DNA of 64,000 nucleotides from an uncultured virus (IMG/VR IMGVR_UViG_3300027759_000081) (lineage: Duplodnaviria; Heunggongvirae; Uroviricota; Caudoviricetes). The stretch lies in IMG/VR virus record IMGVR_UViG_3300027759_000081; one strand, 5' to 3'. Under the pieces are notes generated by a model. It was not told where the DNA came from and ran no database searches. It saw only the letters and a program-made list of their open reading frames with translations. The translations under genes were made by a program, and so were the position numbers. Below are positions 46,135-56,517 of the stretch, one piece after another (positions within the stretch are counted from its first letter, which is position 1; each line of letters opens with the position of its first letter).

Positions 46135-46662
46135 ATGGCCAAACGTGAAAAGCAACGAGTCCCAAGTGTGGAAGAGATCCAAGAACTGCAGAGGCGGAAG
46201 AAGGAGTTGGCCACTGCGACTATCGGAGCGACTGGTCCTGTAATGATCAAGGCTCCGTTGAACATGAGCAACGAACCACGTATGGGTGCGGCCGTTCGTA
46301 TATCCACGCCACCAGTAGGATTAGTAGCTACCGATCAATCGCCCAAGACCCTGTCCCCGGATAAGCCTGCATCACTAGGAGATATACTTATTTCTCAAGA
46401 TTTAGATCCTGCTGCGGAACTCTTACGCATGTATAACGAGCGCGAGGAAGACATTAACAGCCCAGACTATGGCAAGTTCGTTATGAAACCTAACGAGCGT
46501 AGGCACCTGATGTTGGAACTGCTGAAGTATACACATCCTCAGTTAAAGTCGATCGATCACAAGGGAATGACCAACAACGCCGTTACGGTTATTCTGAATA
46601 TGCCAGACGGTACACAGAGCCACAAACAAGTAGAATCGAGAGGAAAAGTTATCGATGCCTGA
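46135..46662 (+). CDS. Probable terminase small subunit
   Basis: Overlaps the TerL start; DP..EL...., ELLKYTHPQLKSID motif, and a C-terminal VIDA. Confidence 0.6.
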   Translation: MAKREKQRVPSVEEIQELQRRKKELATATIGATGPVMIKAPLNMSNEPRMGAAVRISTPPVGLVATDQSPKTLSPDKPASLGDILISQDLDPAAELLRMYNEREEDINSPDYGKFVMKPNERRHLMLELLKYTHPQLKSIDHKGMTNNAVTVILNMPDGTQSHKQVESRGKVIDA

Positions 46663-47962
46663 AATTAGATTACCCGCATTTTATACTCCACGTATTTATC
46701 AAGAAGCAGTCTGGAACTATATGTTGCAGGACAAGTTAGGTCTGCGCGCATCAATGGTGTGGCATCGACGTGGAGGGAAAGACTTAACTGCAATTAACAT
46801 ATGCGCCATGAAGTCGTTCCAGCGCGTGGGCACATACTGGCACGTACTGCCTACATATAAACAGGGTAAGCAAATTGTCTGGGAAGGTATGACAGGCGAT
46901 GGTACGCCGTTCATTGATTCCTTTCCCAAAGAGCTGGTTACACGGAAGCGTGAGGTTGACCTGCAGATTGACCTTATTAACGGGAGTAAGTACCGTGTTG
47001 TTGGTTCGGACAATGTTGACAGCATTGTTGGTACTAATCCTATCGGTGTGGTTTTCTCAGAGTATAGTCTGCAGGATCCTAGTGCGTGGGATTATATTAG
47101 ACCGATTTTGGCTGAGAATGGCGGGTGGGCAATGTTCATCTTTACTCCGCGTGGTAAGAACCATGGGTATACGCTTCATGAGATGGCGCGTAAGAATCCT
47201 GATCGATGGTTCTCCCAGACCCTGTCCATCGAAGATACTGGTGCAGTCGATAAGCAAACTATCGAGGACGAGCGTAAGGATGGTATGGCTGAGGAGTTGA
47301 TCCAGCAGGAGTATTATTGCTCGTTCAATGCTCCTCTGGTCGGTTCATATTATGCTACCCAGTTAACCAATGCGGAAAAAGAGGGAAGGATTCGGAATTG
47401 CCCTTGGGAGCCACTACTGCCAGTACATACCTTCTGGGATCTGGGCGTTGACGACCATACCACAATCTGGTTTATGCAGGAGTATGCAGATGAATTTAGG
47501 TTCATAGACTACTACTCAAATTCGGGAGAAGGTCTACCTCACTACATTAAAGAATTAAATACGAAGCAGTATGTTTATGGTCGTCACTATGCACCACATG
47601 ATATTAAGGTGCGCGAATTCTCGTCTGGCAAATCGCGTTATGAGACGGCCAAAGGTCTGGGTATTACGTTTCAGATTGTAGCAAAACACGATCTGTCAGA
47701 TGGTATCGAGCAGACACGTAACATCCTGCCGCGCTGTTATTTCGACGAGACAAAGTGTGATACGGGAATCCAGTGCTTAAAATCCTATCGTAAAGAATGG
47801 AACGAGATGATGAAGACCTACTCTACAACACCGGTACACGATTGGGCTTCCCACGGTGCTGATGCGTTTCGTATGTTCGCATGGCGGTCTAAGGATCTCG
47901 CAAGACAGAGAAAAGGTAAACCTAAAAGTTCTACAGTAGATGAGTACAACTACCTTGGATAA
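46655..47962 (+). CDS. terL: Terminase large subunit
   Basis: PR.YQ, WHRRGGKD Walker A variant, VVFSEY Walker B, FTPRGKNH, QEYYCSF, nuclease WDLG..D and HD..SHGADAFR. Confidence 0.92.
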   Translation: MPEIRLPAFYTPRIYQEAVWNYMLQDKLGLRASMVWHRRGGKDLTAINICAMKSFQRVGTYWHVLPTYKQGKQIVWEGMTGDGTPFIDSFPKELVTRKREVDLQIDLINGSKYRVVGSDNVDSIVGTNPIGVVFSEYSLQDPSAWDYIRPILAENGGWAMFIFTPRGKNHGYTLHEMARKNPDRWFSQTLSIEDTGAVDKQTIEDERKDGMAEELIQQEYYCSFNAPLVGSYYATQLTNAEKEGRIRNCPWEPLLPVHTFWDLGVDDHTTIWFMQEYADEFRFIDYYSNSGEGLPHYIKELNTKQYVYGRHYAPHDIKVREFSSGKSRYETAKGLGITFQIVAKHDLSDGIEQTRNILPRCYFDETKCDTGIQCLKSYRKEWNEMMKTYSTTPVHDWASHGADAFRMFAWRSKDLARQRKGKPKSSTVDEYNYLG

Positions 47963-48335
47963 AGTAATACTAGCTGCAGAGGAGGTTTACAGGAATGAAG
48001 ATTGTGCCCGCAGCTTTGAGGAAGATTTATATTTACATCTGCATACCCAGGGATGTATTGTCTTCAAAGATGAAAACAACCTAGCACTTGTTAGACCTGT
48101 AAATGAACACGATCCTTACGAAAATCTTACCTACCCAGGATACATCTCACCTGAGCCAAATGCTTGGTGGGTTTATATGCTCGTTGGCGACGTGCCTTTT
48201 CTTGTTAGCTTACTTCCTAATCGATTTGATCGTATCGGTTGGGAAAGGAAAAATAAACCACGATTCTATAACCTCAATAAAGTAAAACAATGGACTTCAA
48301 CGATGGACCACACTGGGATGAAACCTTATTTATGA
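47940..48335 (+). CDS. Hypothetical protein
   Basis: 131-aa ORF overlapping the TerL end. Confidence 0.6.
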   Translation: MSTTTLDKVILAAEEVYRNEDCARSFEEDLYLHLHTQGCIVFKDENNLALVRPVNEHDPYENLTYPGYISPEPNAWWVYMLVGDVPFLVSLLPNRFDRIGWERKNKPRFYNLNKVKQWTSTMDHTGMKPYL

Positions 48336-48547
48336 ACGGACGCCTTGCACGCCTACACAAAGGAGGATCTTCTGCAAAACCTCCTCAACTTCCAAACACG
48401 CCAGCACGGCCTGCTGAAGCTGCTAAGACTGTAGCAACAAATGCAGAACGAGACCCTGCACGTCGTAGGATGCGCGGATTTGGATCTACTATCCTTAGTA
48501 GTTCTATGTCTGACGACAAAAGAGGCGCATCTATTCTAGGGGGTTAA
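48290..48547 (+). CDS. Small virion-associated protein upstream of the portal gene
   Basis: Pro-rich, then RRRMRGFGSTIL....SILGG C-terminus, typical of the pre-portal small protein in podoviruses. Confidence 0.55.
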   Translation: MDFNDGPHWDETLFMNGRLARLHKGGSSAKPPQLPNTPARPAEAAKTVATNAERDPARRRMRGFGSTILSSSMSDDKRGASILGG

Positions 48548-48548
48548 T

Positions 48549-50144
48549 ATGTCGGACGACAATATCGCAATGGAAACCATGTTGATCTTGGCTGGTGCCA
48601 AGAATCAGCGATCAGTCTGGAACTCACGTTTTCAGGAGGTAGTCGATTATTGTCGTCCCAACGCTGATAGCTTTACTGGTAAGAAGAGTCCAGGTCAGAG
48701 TAACACCGATCAGATTTATGATGCCACTGCAGTTGATGCATTGGAAGAATTTGCTACGTCGATTCATTCTTATGTTGCCAACCCTACTGATCGTTATTTT
48801 GATTTTCGTTCTACTAACCCTCGGTACGCTAATGATCGTCGGGTAAAACTCTGGTGTGAGCATGTTACAGATACAATCTACCATTACTACTCTGCAGCTA
48901 ATTCAGGGTATACTGGTTCGATGTCTGAAACATTCCTTGACATTGGTTCGTTCGGTACCTCTGTACAGTATCAATACTGGAAAGACGGACTGCACTTCAA
49001 GACGTTTGCACTAGCTGATTGCTGGATTAAAGAAAATTCCGATGGATTTGTAGACACCCTCGTAAGAGAGATTAACTGGACAGCGCGTCAGGTTATGCAA
49101 GAGTTTGGCAAGATGCCACCAAAACTCAATGAAAAGACACGCGAAAAACCTGATACCCCTCTTACTGTTATCCACCTGGTTATCCCTAGGTCTGATACTC
49201 GCTTCTTACAGCACATCAAGCCCGCTAAAAACTTTGCTTCTATTTGGGTGTGTATGGATACTAAAGAGACCTTGAAAATCGATGGTTTTCAATGGTTCCC
49301 TTTCCATACTCCGCGCTGGTTAAAGATGTCGACGGAAGTGTATGGTCGCAGTCCTGCACTTAAGGCAATGCCTGATATTAAGATGCTTAACCGCCTTGAG
49401 TTTCAACTTCTTAAAGGTTACTCGAAAGCAACTGATCCTCCGTTGATTGTTCCTTCTGAGGCGTTCCTTGTTCCACTTAAGACCCACCCTGGTGCGGTTA
49501 ATTACAAGGAACCCGGATCTGATCCGATTGAATCTCTTCCACCTGTTAACTTCTCAATTCCGGAAAACAAAGCAGAACAAAAGCGTGAGGCAATCCGCAA
49601 GTACTTCTACAACGATGTCTTCCGTCTGGAAAAAGAGAACGTAGAGATGACTGCGTACGAAGCACAAGATCGTCGCGAAGAAAAACTTCGTAAGATTGCG
49701 CCTATGACAGGACGACTCAATATGGAACTACTTGGTCCCCAATTGACCCTGTCCTACCTTCTTTGCACCAGGCACGGTGCAATCGATCCTCCACCATTCG
49801 AAATACAAGGTGGTTTGAAAATCGAGTACTCTTCTCCTGCTGCCCGCGCTCAGACAAGCCTTCGTGCTGTGGGTCTGGACAGGTACATCCAGCGTCTTAT
49901 TCCCGCTGCGCAGATTAACCCAGAGGTCTTCGCCAGTGTCAACTGGGCAGGTTACTCAAGAGAGATGGCGCTGGCTATGGGAACAAGCGAGAAGATACTT
50001 TATTCGCCTGAAGAAATGGAAGCCATTAACTCCCAGAAAGCGGAGGCTGAACAGCAGCAAGCCATGGTTCAAATGGCTGAACCTGCTTCCAAGGCTATTA
50101 AAAATCTTAGCGATTCTGGGATTAACCTTGGAGGTATGATGTGA
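48549..50144 (+). CDS. Portal (T7-like head-to-tail connector)
   Basis: 531 aa; IYDATA..A, FGTS, PRW....EVYGRSPA..A.PDIKMLN, DPPL.VP, MTAYE...R.EEK. Confidence 0.9.
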   Translation: MSDDNIAMETMLILAGAKNQRSVWNSRFQEVVDYCRPNADSFTGKKSPGQSNTDQIYDATAVDALEEFATSIHSYVANPTDRYFDFRSTNPRYANDRRVKLWCEHVTDTIYHYYSAANSGYTGSMSETFLDIGSFGTSVQYQYWKDGLHFKTFALADCWIKENSDGFVDTLVREINWTARQVMQEFGKMPPKLNEKTREKPDTPLTVIHLVIPRSDTRFLQHIKPAKNFASIWVCMDTKETLKIDGFQWFPFHTPRWLKMSTEVYGRSPALKAMPDIKMLNRLEFQLLKGYSKATDPPLIVPSEAFLVPLKTHPGAVNYKEPGSDPIESLPPVNFSIPENKAEQKREAIRKYFYNDVFRLEKENVEMTAYEAQDRREEKLRKIAPMTGRLNMELLGPQLTLSYLLCTRHGAIDPPPFEIQGGLKIEYSSPAARAQTSLRAVGLDRYIQRLIPAAQINPEVFASVNWAGYSREMALAMGTSEKILYSPEEMEAINSQKAEAEQQQAMVQMAEPASKAIKNLSDSGINLGGMM

Positions 50145-50401
50145 TCCGAGGAATAGTTAAAGAAGTATCCACATACCTGCAGTTCAAAAGGGACTGCAGG
50201 GAAATTTTTACCACACCACAAGGACGAAGGATTCTTTCGTATCTTATGAAAAAGGGGTGTGTCACGACTGCAGTAGCCTGCGTAGATCGTGATGAATCTT
50301 TGCGCAATGAGGGGATGCAGCGCCTAGTGCTGTCTCTTCTTAAGGCGACATATCGCAACGAAACAGAACTAGAACAACAACTCGAAGAAGAACAATTATG
50401 A
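50141..50401 (+). CDS. Small conserved head-module protein (Bbp19-like)
   Basis: IFTTPQGRRIL..L.......NEG.QRLVL; between portal and scaffold. Confidence 0.65.
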   Translation: MIRGIVKEVSTYLQFKRDCREIFTTPQGRRILSYLMKKGCVTTAVACVDRDESLRNEGMQRLVLSLLKATYRNETELEQQLEEEQL

Positions 50402-51303
50402 CACGATTCGGACAACTAAGACTACTATTTAACGAAGACGGCGGAGGCGACGGAGGCGGCGGAGGAGGTACTCCACCACCACCACCAACTCCACCAGCCC
50501 CAGGATCTATTCTCCAAACTGGAGGAGGCGGTACTGAAACATGGTACGGCACACTTCCTGATGAGTTTAAAGTTAACCCATACGTTACACAGTCGAAAGA
50601 CCTTGCAGGATTTGTTAAATCCGCTATCGATACTAAGTCGATGGTTGGTGCCAACACTATCCGTCTTCCAGGTGAGAAAGCTACTCCTGAAGAACGTTCA
50701 GAATTCTACAATAAACTTGGTCGTCCTTCTGACCACACTGGTTACAAGCCCACTGTTGCTCCAGTCGAAGGTGTTGTCGATTCTGCTGTCAACGAACAAA
50801 TGACCAAGAAGTTCCATGAACTCGGTCTTACCAGTCAACAAGGTCAAGCAATTCTTGACGAGTATTATGGCGTGCTTAACGGCGGATTTACTGCTCATAA
50901 CGATAACCTTGTTACTCAACGTGAACAAGCAATGACTACTCTTAAAGGGGAGTGGGGTCAAAACTACGATGCCAATGTTAAGACTGCACAACTTGCAGTT
51001 CGTGAACTTGGTGGTCAAGAACTCTTTGAGGTTCTCGAAGGTGCTGGTCTAGCAGACAATCCACAAATCATTAAGTTCCTGCACAACGCTGGAACAAAGT
51101 TGCTTGATGATGCAGCTATTGGCGGTGGAAATAATCAGTTTGCTGGTTCAATCGAAGGTGCCTCTGCTGAGATTGGCCGCCTGAAGACTGACCCTGAGTT
51201 CATGCGTGTCTGGGGCGATGCTCAAGCACCTGGACATAAAGAAGCAGTAGATAAGTGGCTTGCACTTCACCGCACTGCTTTCCCAGGTAAGTCAGAAGAT
51301 TGA
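50398..51303 (+). CDS. Capsid assembly scaffolding protein
   Basis: Gly/Pro-rich N-terminus, W...LP.E, FYNKLGRP, LGLT..Q, LK.EWG..YD.N, GL.DNP..IK; precedes the capsid gene. Confidence 0.8.
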   Translation: MTRFGQLRLLFNEDGGGDGGGGGGTPPPPPTPPAPGSILQTGGGGTETWYGTLPDEFKVNPYVTQSKDLAGFVKSAIDTKSMVGANTIRLPGEKATPEERSEFYNKLGRPSDHTGYKPTVAPVEGVVDSAVNEQMTKKFHELGLTSQQGQAILDEYYGVLNGGFTAHNDNLVTQREQAMTTLKGEWGQNYDANVKTAQLAVRELGGQELFEVLEGAGLADNPQIIKFLHNAGTKLLDDAAIGGGNNQFAGSIEGASAEIGRLKTDPEFMRVWGDAQAPGHKEAVDKWLALHRTAFPGKSED

Positions 51304-51327
51304 TCGTAATCTTTTTTAAAAAAAGTA

Positions 51328-51356
51328 TTTACAGCAGATAACAGTTGGGTTATCAT
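51328..51356 (+). promoter_or_regulatory. Putative sigma70-type promoter for the capsid gene
   Basis: TTTACA-17 nt-TATCAT, preceded by an AT tract. Confidence 0.5.
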
Positions 51357-51496
51357 GATACCTGAGATCAGACTACTCTTCGGAACCTGATCATTGTGGT
51401 AACCCACACGTGATGCACCGTTAAGCATAAGGTGAAGACCCGCATTCGCGGACTATTGGAACCGGAACTCACAATCCAACCAACCAATAAACAAAT

Positions 51497-52399
51497 ATGT
51501 CCTTCCAAGTAGATACTGCTTTGGTTAATTCGTACCACTCGAATATCCAAATCAAGTTCCAACAAAAAGGATCCCGTCTTCGCCCTTATGTGAGGATGGA
51601 ATCCCAAAATTCGGAATTTGATTTCTTCGACCGAATTGGCCCCACCGCCGCTGTTAAAGTGAAAAACCGCCACAGCGACACTCCCCTCATTTCCACCCCA
51701 CATGACCGCAGGCGCAACGCGACTGAGGATTATGACTGGGCGGATTTGATTGACCGTAAAGATCGCCTGCGTATGCTTGCTGATCCCACCTCGTCCTACA
51801 ACACCAACGCCGTTTACGCGCTTGGTCGTGCCATGGACATCGAAATCGTACGTGCAGCGTTTGGTGCTTCTTTCTCCGGTAAGACTGGCCAAACCTCAAT
51901 CTCATTCCCTGCTACTCAGGAAATTGCGGTTAACTACACTGATTCCGGTGGTTCTGGTAACACCAACCTTACGATCGACAAGTTGCGGAAAATCCGCCTC
52001 ATGTTCGACCTTGAGGAAGCCGTTGACTGGGATGCTGCTGAGGAACTCTACATGGCAGTTACTGCCTGGCAGATTAACTCTCTTCTCCGTGAGGATGAGA
52101 TCAACAACATCGACTACGCTGCTATTAAAGCACTTGTCAATGGTAAGATCGACACCTTCATGGGTATCAAGTTTATCCGTGTTCACCCCTCTATTCTTCC
52201 GAAGTCGGGAGATATTCGTTCCTGCCCCGTTTGGACCCGTCAGGGTATCCTCCTCGGTGTTGCGGATGAAGTGAACACTGATATCGGACCTCGTCGTGAC
52301 AAGCGCAACTCCGTTCAAGTCTATGTCTGCGGTTCCTTTGGAGCTACTCGGATGTGGGAAGAGCAGGTTGTGAAGGTCCTCGCCGATGAAACCAAGTAA
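51497..52399 (+). CDS. Major capsid protein
   Basis: 300 aa; QQKGSRLR..V, DTP.....H.RR....DY.WADLID..D.LR.L.DP.S.Y......ALGR.MD, LV.G.I..FMG.KF, GATR..E..VV. Confidence 0.9.
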   Translation: MSFQVDTALVNSYHSNIQIKFQQKGSRLRPYVRMESQNSEFDFFDRIGPTAAVKVKNRHSDTPLISTPHDRRRNATEDYDWADLIDRKDRLRMLADPTSSYNTNAVYALGRAMDIEIVRAAFGASFSGKTGQTSISFPATQEIAVNYTDSGGSGNTNLTIDKLRKIRLMFDLEEAVDWDAAEELYMAVTAWQINSLLREDEINNIDYAAIKALVNGKIDTFMGIKFIRVHPSILPKSGDIRSCPVWTRQGILLGVADEVNTDIGPRRDKRNSVQVYVCGSFGATRMWEEQVVKVLADETK

Positions 52400-52429
52400 T
52401 CCCTGACATAACAGAAAGGAACTAATACT

Positions 52430-52921
52430 ATGGCTCAATTCGATTCAAAACAAATCAAGCAATGGGAAGCACTGGGACACGGTCCCCTAATGCCAAACGA
52501 ACTTCATGGACGGGTACGCGTTGCGTACTTCCAGTTCCAAGCTGATCGTGATGCAGTAGGTGGAGTGATCGCCCAGAACGATACTGTGCGACTTCTTCAA
52601 CTACCTGCTCAAGCACGTCTTGTTTATGGTGCGTTTAAGCATGGCGCATTTGGTGCAAGCGTTACTCTTGACCTCGGTCTCCGTGGTCTGGATAACTCTG
52701 GATATTACAATCTGGCGGGAACGCTAGCAGATGATCCAGATTACCTTGCAACTTCCATTGCAATTGCTACTGCTTCTACTGCTCCAGTAGAACTATTCGA
52801 AGAACCCGCTGGTCTCTTTTACCTAACGGATAAAGAGGTTGAACTCTACGCTACATTCAAAGGAGCTAATCCTGCGGATAACGTCGAGATCTCCGGTGTT
52901 ATCTTCTACGTAGTGGACTAA
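52430..52921 (+). CDS. Putative minor capsid / decoration protein
   Basis: 163-aa beta-rich ORF directly after the capsid gene and before a strong terminator; ends YVVD. Confidence 0.6.
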   Translation: MAQFDSKQIKQWEALGHGPLMPNELHGRVRVAYFQFQADRDAVGGVIAQNDTVRLLQLPAQARLVYGAFKHGAFGASVTLDLGLRGLDNSGYYNLAGTLADDPDYLATSIAIATASTAPVELFEEPAGLFYLTDKEVELYATFKGANPADNVEISGVIFYVVD

Positions 52922-52942
52922 TCTCCTTAGTTGCGATAACCT

Positions 52943-52988
52943 GTAAGAGCTCGGCGGTTTAACTACCGTCGGGCTCTTACTTCTTCCT
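52943..52988 (+). terminator. Intrinsic terminator after the capsid genes
   Basis: 16-bp stem GTAAGAGCTCGGCGGT / ACCGTCGGGCTCTTAC (with G-U pairs), then TTCTTCCT. Confidence 0.7.
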
Positions 52989-52993
52989 TAATT

Positions 52994-53584
52994 ATGTACA
53001 ACGCCCTATCAATATGTAATGGTGCCCTTCAAAAGATCGGCATAGCACGAATCATGTCCCTTGATGAACAGAGCAAGGAGGCTAGAACTTGTCAGTCTGA
53101 ATATGACAAAGTACGCCGTACCGTTCTGCGTCTCTATCCCTGGGCATTTGCTGCTGAACGAGTCATGCTGGCCCCAGACCCTGTTCCACCTGCTTTCGAA
53201 TATGAGTACAAGTTTGCTCTCCCTTCTGACTATCTCCGTATTACAGATCTATATGATTATGACGGCGAATGGAAGGTTGAGGGTTCTTGGTTGCTTTGCA
53301 ACATTGACTCAGTATCGCTTAAATATATCCGCAACCTCGAGGATTTTACCAACGTCGACGCTTTATTTATTGATTGCTTTGAGTGGTATCTTGCCTATGA
53401 AATTGCTCGTTACCTTACTGAATCCGAAACCGTTCGCGAAGAAGCTCTACGGGGGTTTAAAAACCTCATGCCAATGGCAAAGTTTGTTCAGTCGACAGAG
53501 GGTTCTCAATTAAGTTTCGACTCATACGATCTTCTTGAAGCTCGCCGAGGTTCACGCTTTGTAAGAGATCCAGGGACTAACTAA
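52994..53584 (+). CDS. Tail tubular protein A (T7 gp11-like adaptor)
   Basis: ICNGAL.KIG...I.SLDE.SKEA..C...YD..R..VLR.YPW.FA, F.LPSD.LR. Confidence 0.85.
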   Translation: MYNALSICNGALQKIGIARIMSLDEQSKEARTCQSEYDKVRRTVLRLYPWAFAAERVMLAPDPVPPAFEYEYKFALPSDYLRITDLYDYDGEWKVEGSWLLCNIDSVSLKYIRNLEDFTNVDALFIDCFEWYLAYEIARYLTESETVREEALRGFKNLMPMAKFVQSTEGSQLSFDSYDLLEARRGSRFVRDPGTN

Positions 53585-53585
53585 T

Positions 53586-56087
53586 ATGCAAAAGGCAAAC
53601 TTACATAAGACAAACTTTTCTGCTGGTGAGGTATCTCCAGCAATGGGAGGTCGTCTTGATACCGCTCGGTTTAAGAATGGTGCAGCAGAAATTACTAATT
53701 TCGTTGTGCAACCACAGGGTGGATTAGTTCGCCGAATGGGAACTAAGTTTATTACTGAAGTAAAAGATTCCACTAAGGTACACAAGTTAGTTCCATTTAG
53801 ACCGTCTATTCAGGAAGCCTATATTCTTGAGTTTGGAAATAACAGCATTCGAATAATAAATAACGATGCTGTAGTGCTTAACACAGGAGTTCCAATAAAC
53901 TTAGTAACTACATACTCATCTGCACAATTAACCGAGATATACTATACTCAGTCAGCAGATGTTTTGTATGTTGCCCACCCAGATCATGCTCCTAAACGGG
54001 TTTTAAGTTACGATGTTGATGACTGGGCGATAGAACTTGCTACTACAGAAGACGGTCCTTACCAATCTCCTCAACCAGGGGATTCTTCAATTACTTTATG
54101 GCTGACAGATATAGTGCATAGAGCTAAACTTACTTCAACCACAAATGAGTTTGGTCCACTTTCACTTAATAAAGGTGTAGAGTATTGGAAAGATGGATCC
54201 TTGCTTTTAGCATTTATACGTAGTTCTATTATAGGAGTTACTAATAACGTTACAATAGAACCAGTGGCAAGAGTAGTTGATTTAAAACAGTTAGATAATT
54301 CTGCAGTTATTACATTTGATACGCTTCAGACCAAAGTGTATGCTTCTAGAACTATATGGTCAACTGAAACAGAACAGTCGTATATTCGTAATCCTAGTGC
54401 TGGTGCTGGGTGGGTTAAAATGACTACACACAGTCCAATTCCAGTAGTTATAGGTACTTCACCAAATAGTTATGCTGCGGATGTTATGAATTCTGATGCT
54501 GGTTACCCTCAAATGCATGCAGCTGTTGGGGCTGTAGGTAAGCGTTCTTTTAGTGACGAAACTATTACAGCTATATTACGTTCTTCCACTCCTTTATTTC
54601 TAACCCCTGATGATATAGGTCGTCAGTTCCGACTTAACTTTAGTGGTAAGATAGTTTGGGGAACAATCACTTCCATTACTAGTACAACTCAGGTTAACGT
54701 ATCACTTGGAAATATGGTTCCTAAAGATTCGCTTGATTCAAATCTTTATATAAACAATGCTGAAACAACAGATTGGAGACTTGGTTCGTGGTTTACTGGA
54801 AATTACCCGCGTGTTGTTACATTCCACCAAGGTCGCTTAATTTATGCAGGAACAAAGCTAGAACAGAATAGAATCTGGTTTAGTAAGGCTGATGATTATG
54901 TATCTTTTGCTACTACTAACTTATTAGGAGAAGTTCTTGATGATAACGGAATCAATATAGGTATTGTATCTGGCGAAGTAAACACTATTCTATGGGCTCA
55001 ATCTGGACCAGTACTTCTTGTCGGCACTAATGGAGAAGAGTTCCAGGTTAAACCTACCTCTATAAGTGAAGCACTTACGTCAACTAACATTAACGTAACA
55101 GTTCAAACTCCATACGGGTCAGAGTCAAACATTCGACCTGTTAAGATTGGTCCTTCCACATTGTTTGTACAAAATCATGGACAGCGTTTACGTGAGTTAA
55201 TGTACAACTTTGAGATTGATTCTTTTGTAGCATCTGATACAACTGTTATATCTGAACACATTTTCCGTAAACACCTTTCAGCGGTTGATATGGCTTACAC
55301 CCAGACACCAAACTCAGTACTCTGGTTTCTTGGCGCTGATGGTAAACTAATTTCTCTTACTTACGAGAAAGACCAAGAAGTTTATGCCTGGACAAATCAT
55401 GAACTAGGTGGTAACGCTTTTGTCGAATCAATCGCTTCTATTCCTTCAGAAGTAGGTATGCAGGATCGATTGCACATGATTGTCCGAAGGACGATTAACG
55501 GAGTTACCAAACGCTATATTGAGCGGTTTGACGATGAGTTTAATCCTTCTAGTCCTACGGATAAAGATGGTATGAATTATCTGGATTGCTCTTACCACTA
55601 TAAAGGTGCTGCAATTACAACTGTTACTGGTCTTAGTCACCTTGAAGGAGAACTGGTTAGTGTGGTAGCAAACAACGCTATTCATCCTGATAGAACAGTA
55701 GTTTCAGGTCAAATACAACTCGAATATAGTGCTACTGACGTCTTAGTTGGATATACCTACGAATCTAGAGTGCAGACCCTGCCTACCGATGATGGTTCCC
55801 AGTTCGGTACTTCTCACGGTAAACTGAAAAAGGTTCATCGCGTCGATTGCCAGTTGCTTAATACAATCGGTATTAAATACGGTCGCGATCTAAATCAGAT
55901 GGAGATACCAAGAAGTTTCCGTGAAACTAACGGGGTTATGGGTCAGTCGCCTGATCTGTTTACTGGAATTATCCAACTGACTGATGAAAGTTCTTTTAAT
56001 AGAGATGGGCAATATTTTATTGTACAAGATCAACCTTACCCATGTACTATACTCTCCTTGATGCCAATCATTAAAGTCAATGAGTAA
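53586..56087 (+). CDS. Tail tubular protein B (T7 gp12-like nozzle)
   Basis: TNFSAGEVSP...GR.D, N....QGG..RR.GT.F, QSADVLY..H, YP..V.FHQGRL, AW..H. Confidence 0.88.
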   Translation: MQKANLHKTNFSAGEVSPAMGGRLDTARFKNGAAEITNFVVQPQGGLVRRMGTKFITEVKDSTKVHKLVPFRPSIQEAYILEFGNNSIRIINNDAVVLNTGVPINLVTTYSSAQLTEIYYTQSADVLYVAHPDHAPKRVLSYDVDDWAIELATTEDGPYQSPQPGDSSITLWLTDIVHRAKLTSTTNEFGPLSLNKGVEYWKDGSLLLAFIRSSIIGVTNNVTIEPVARVVDLKQLDNSAVITFDTLQTKVYASRTIWSTETEQSYIRNPSAGAGWVKMTTHSPIPVVIGTSPNSYAADVMNSDAGYPQMHAAVGAVGKRSFSDETITAILRSSTPLFLTPDDIGRQFRLNFSGKIVWGTITSITSTTQVNVSLGNMVPKDSLDSNLYINNAETTDWRLGSWFTGNYPRVVTFHQGRLIYAGTKLEQNRIWFSKADDYVSFATTNLLGEVLDDNGINIGIVSGEVNTILWAQSGPVLLVGTNGEEFQVKPTSISEALTSTNINVTVQTPYGSESNIRPVKIGPSTLFVQNHGQRLRELMYNFEIDSFVASDTTVISEHIFRKHLSAVDMAYTQTPNSVLWFLGADGKLISLTYEKDQEVYAWTNHELGGNAFVESIASIPSEVGMQDRLHMIVRRTINGVTKRYIERFDDEFNPSSPTDKDGMNYLDCSYHYKGAAITTVTGLSHLEGELVSVVANNAIHPDRTVVSGQIQLEYSATDVLVGYTYESRVQTLPTDDGSQFGTSHGKLKKVHRVDCQLLNTIGIKYGRDLNQMEIPRSFRETNGVMGQSPDLFTGIIQLTDESSFNRDGQYFIVQDQPYPCTILSLMPIIKVNE

Positions 56088-56517
56088 CCTTACGCTAGAA
56101 CGTTTAGACAAGGAAAATTTCCTAGAATTTATTTCTAGGCACTATTTTAGCGCAAAGATGGATAATCCAGAATTTTACCAGGGATATATCCATGATAGAT
56201 CAATGGGTTATATTGTCCTGGAGGATGGCCGATCGATTGGTGCATTCGGAATAAATATAGCCTACAACGGGGTTGGCGAATGTTGGTTGTTTAGCACAGA
56301 TAAACTTAATCGTTACCCTATCTGGATGGTCAAACAATTTAAAAACATTACTAACGAAGTTCTTAACCGTGGACTGCACCGCGTTCAAATGTTTGTAGAA
56401 AACACAAGGTTAGATTATCATCGCTTTGCACAGATTTTAGGATTTGAATTCGAAGGAGTTTTACGTAAACACTCAACAACTGCAATCGACCACGCGGTCT
56501 ACTCTAAAATAAAATGA
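56080..56517 (+). CDS. GNAT-fold protein (T7 gp13-like position)
   Basis: G.GECW, RVQ..V.......RFA..LGF..EG.LRK; follows tail tubular B. Confidence 0.65.
   Translation: MSNLTLERLDKENFLEFISRHYFSAKMDNPEFYQGYIHDRSMGYIVLEDGRSIGAFGINIAYNGVGECWLFSTDKLNRYPIWMVKQFKNITNEVLNRGLHRVQMFVENTRLDYHRFAQILGFEFEGVLRKHSTTAIDHAVYSKIK

Noticed and set aside
50440..50500. GGC/CCA triplet repeats as a regulatory repeat
   Set aside because: They simply encode the Gly/Pro low-complexity N-terminus of the scaffold protein.
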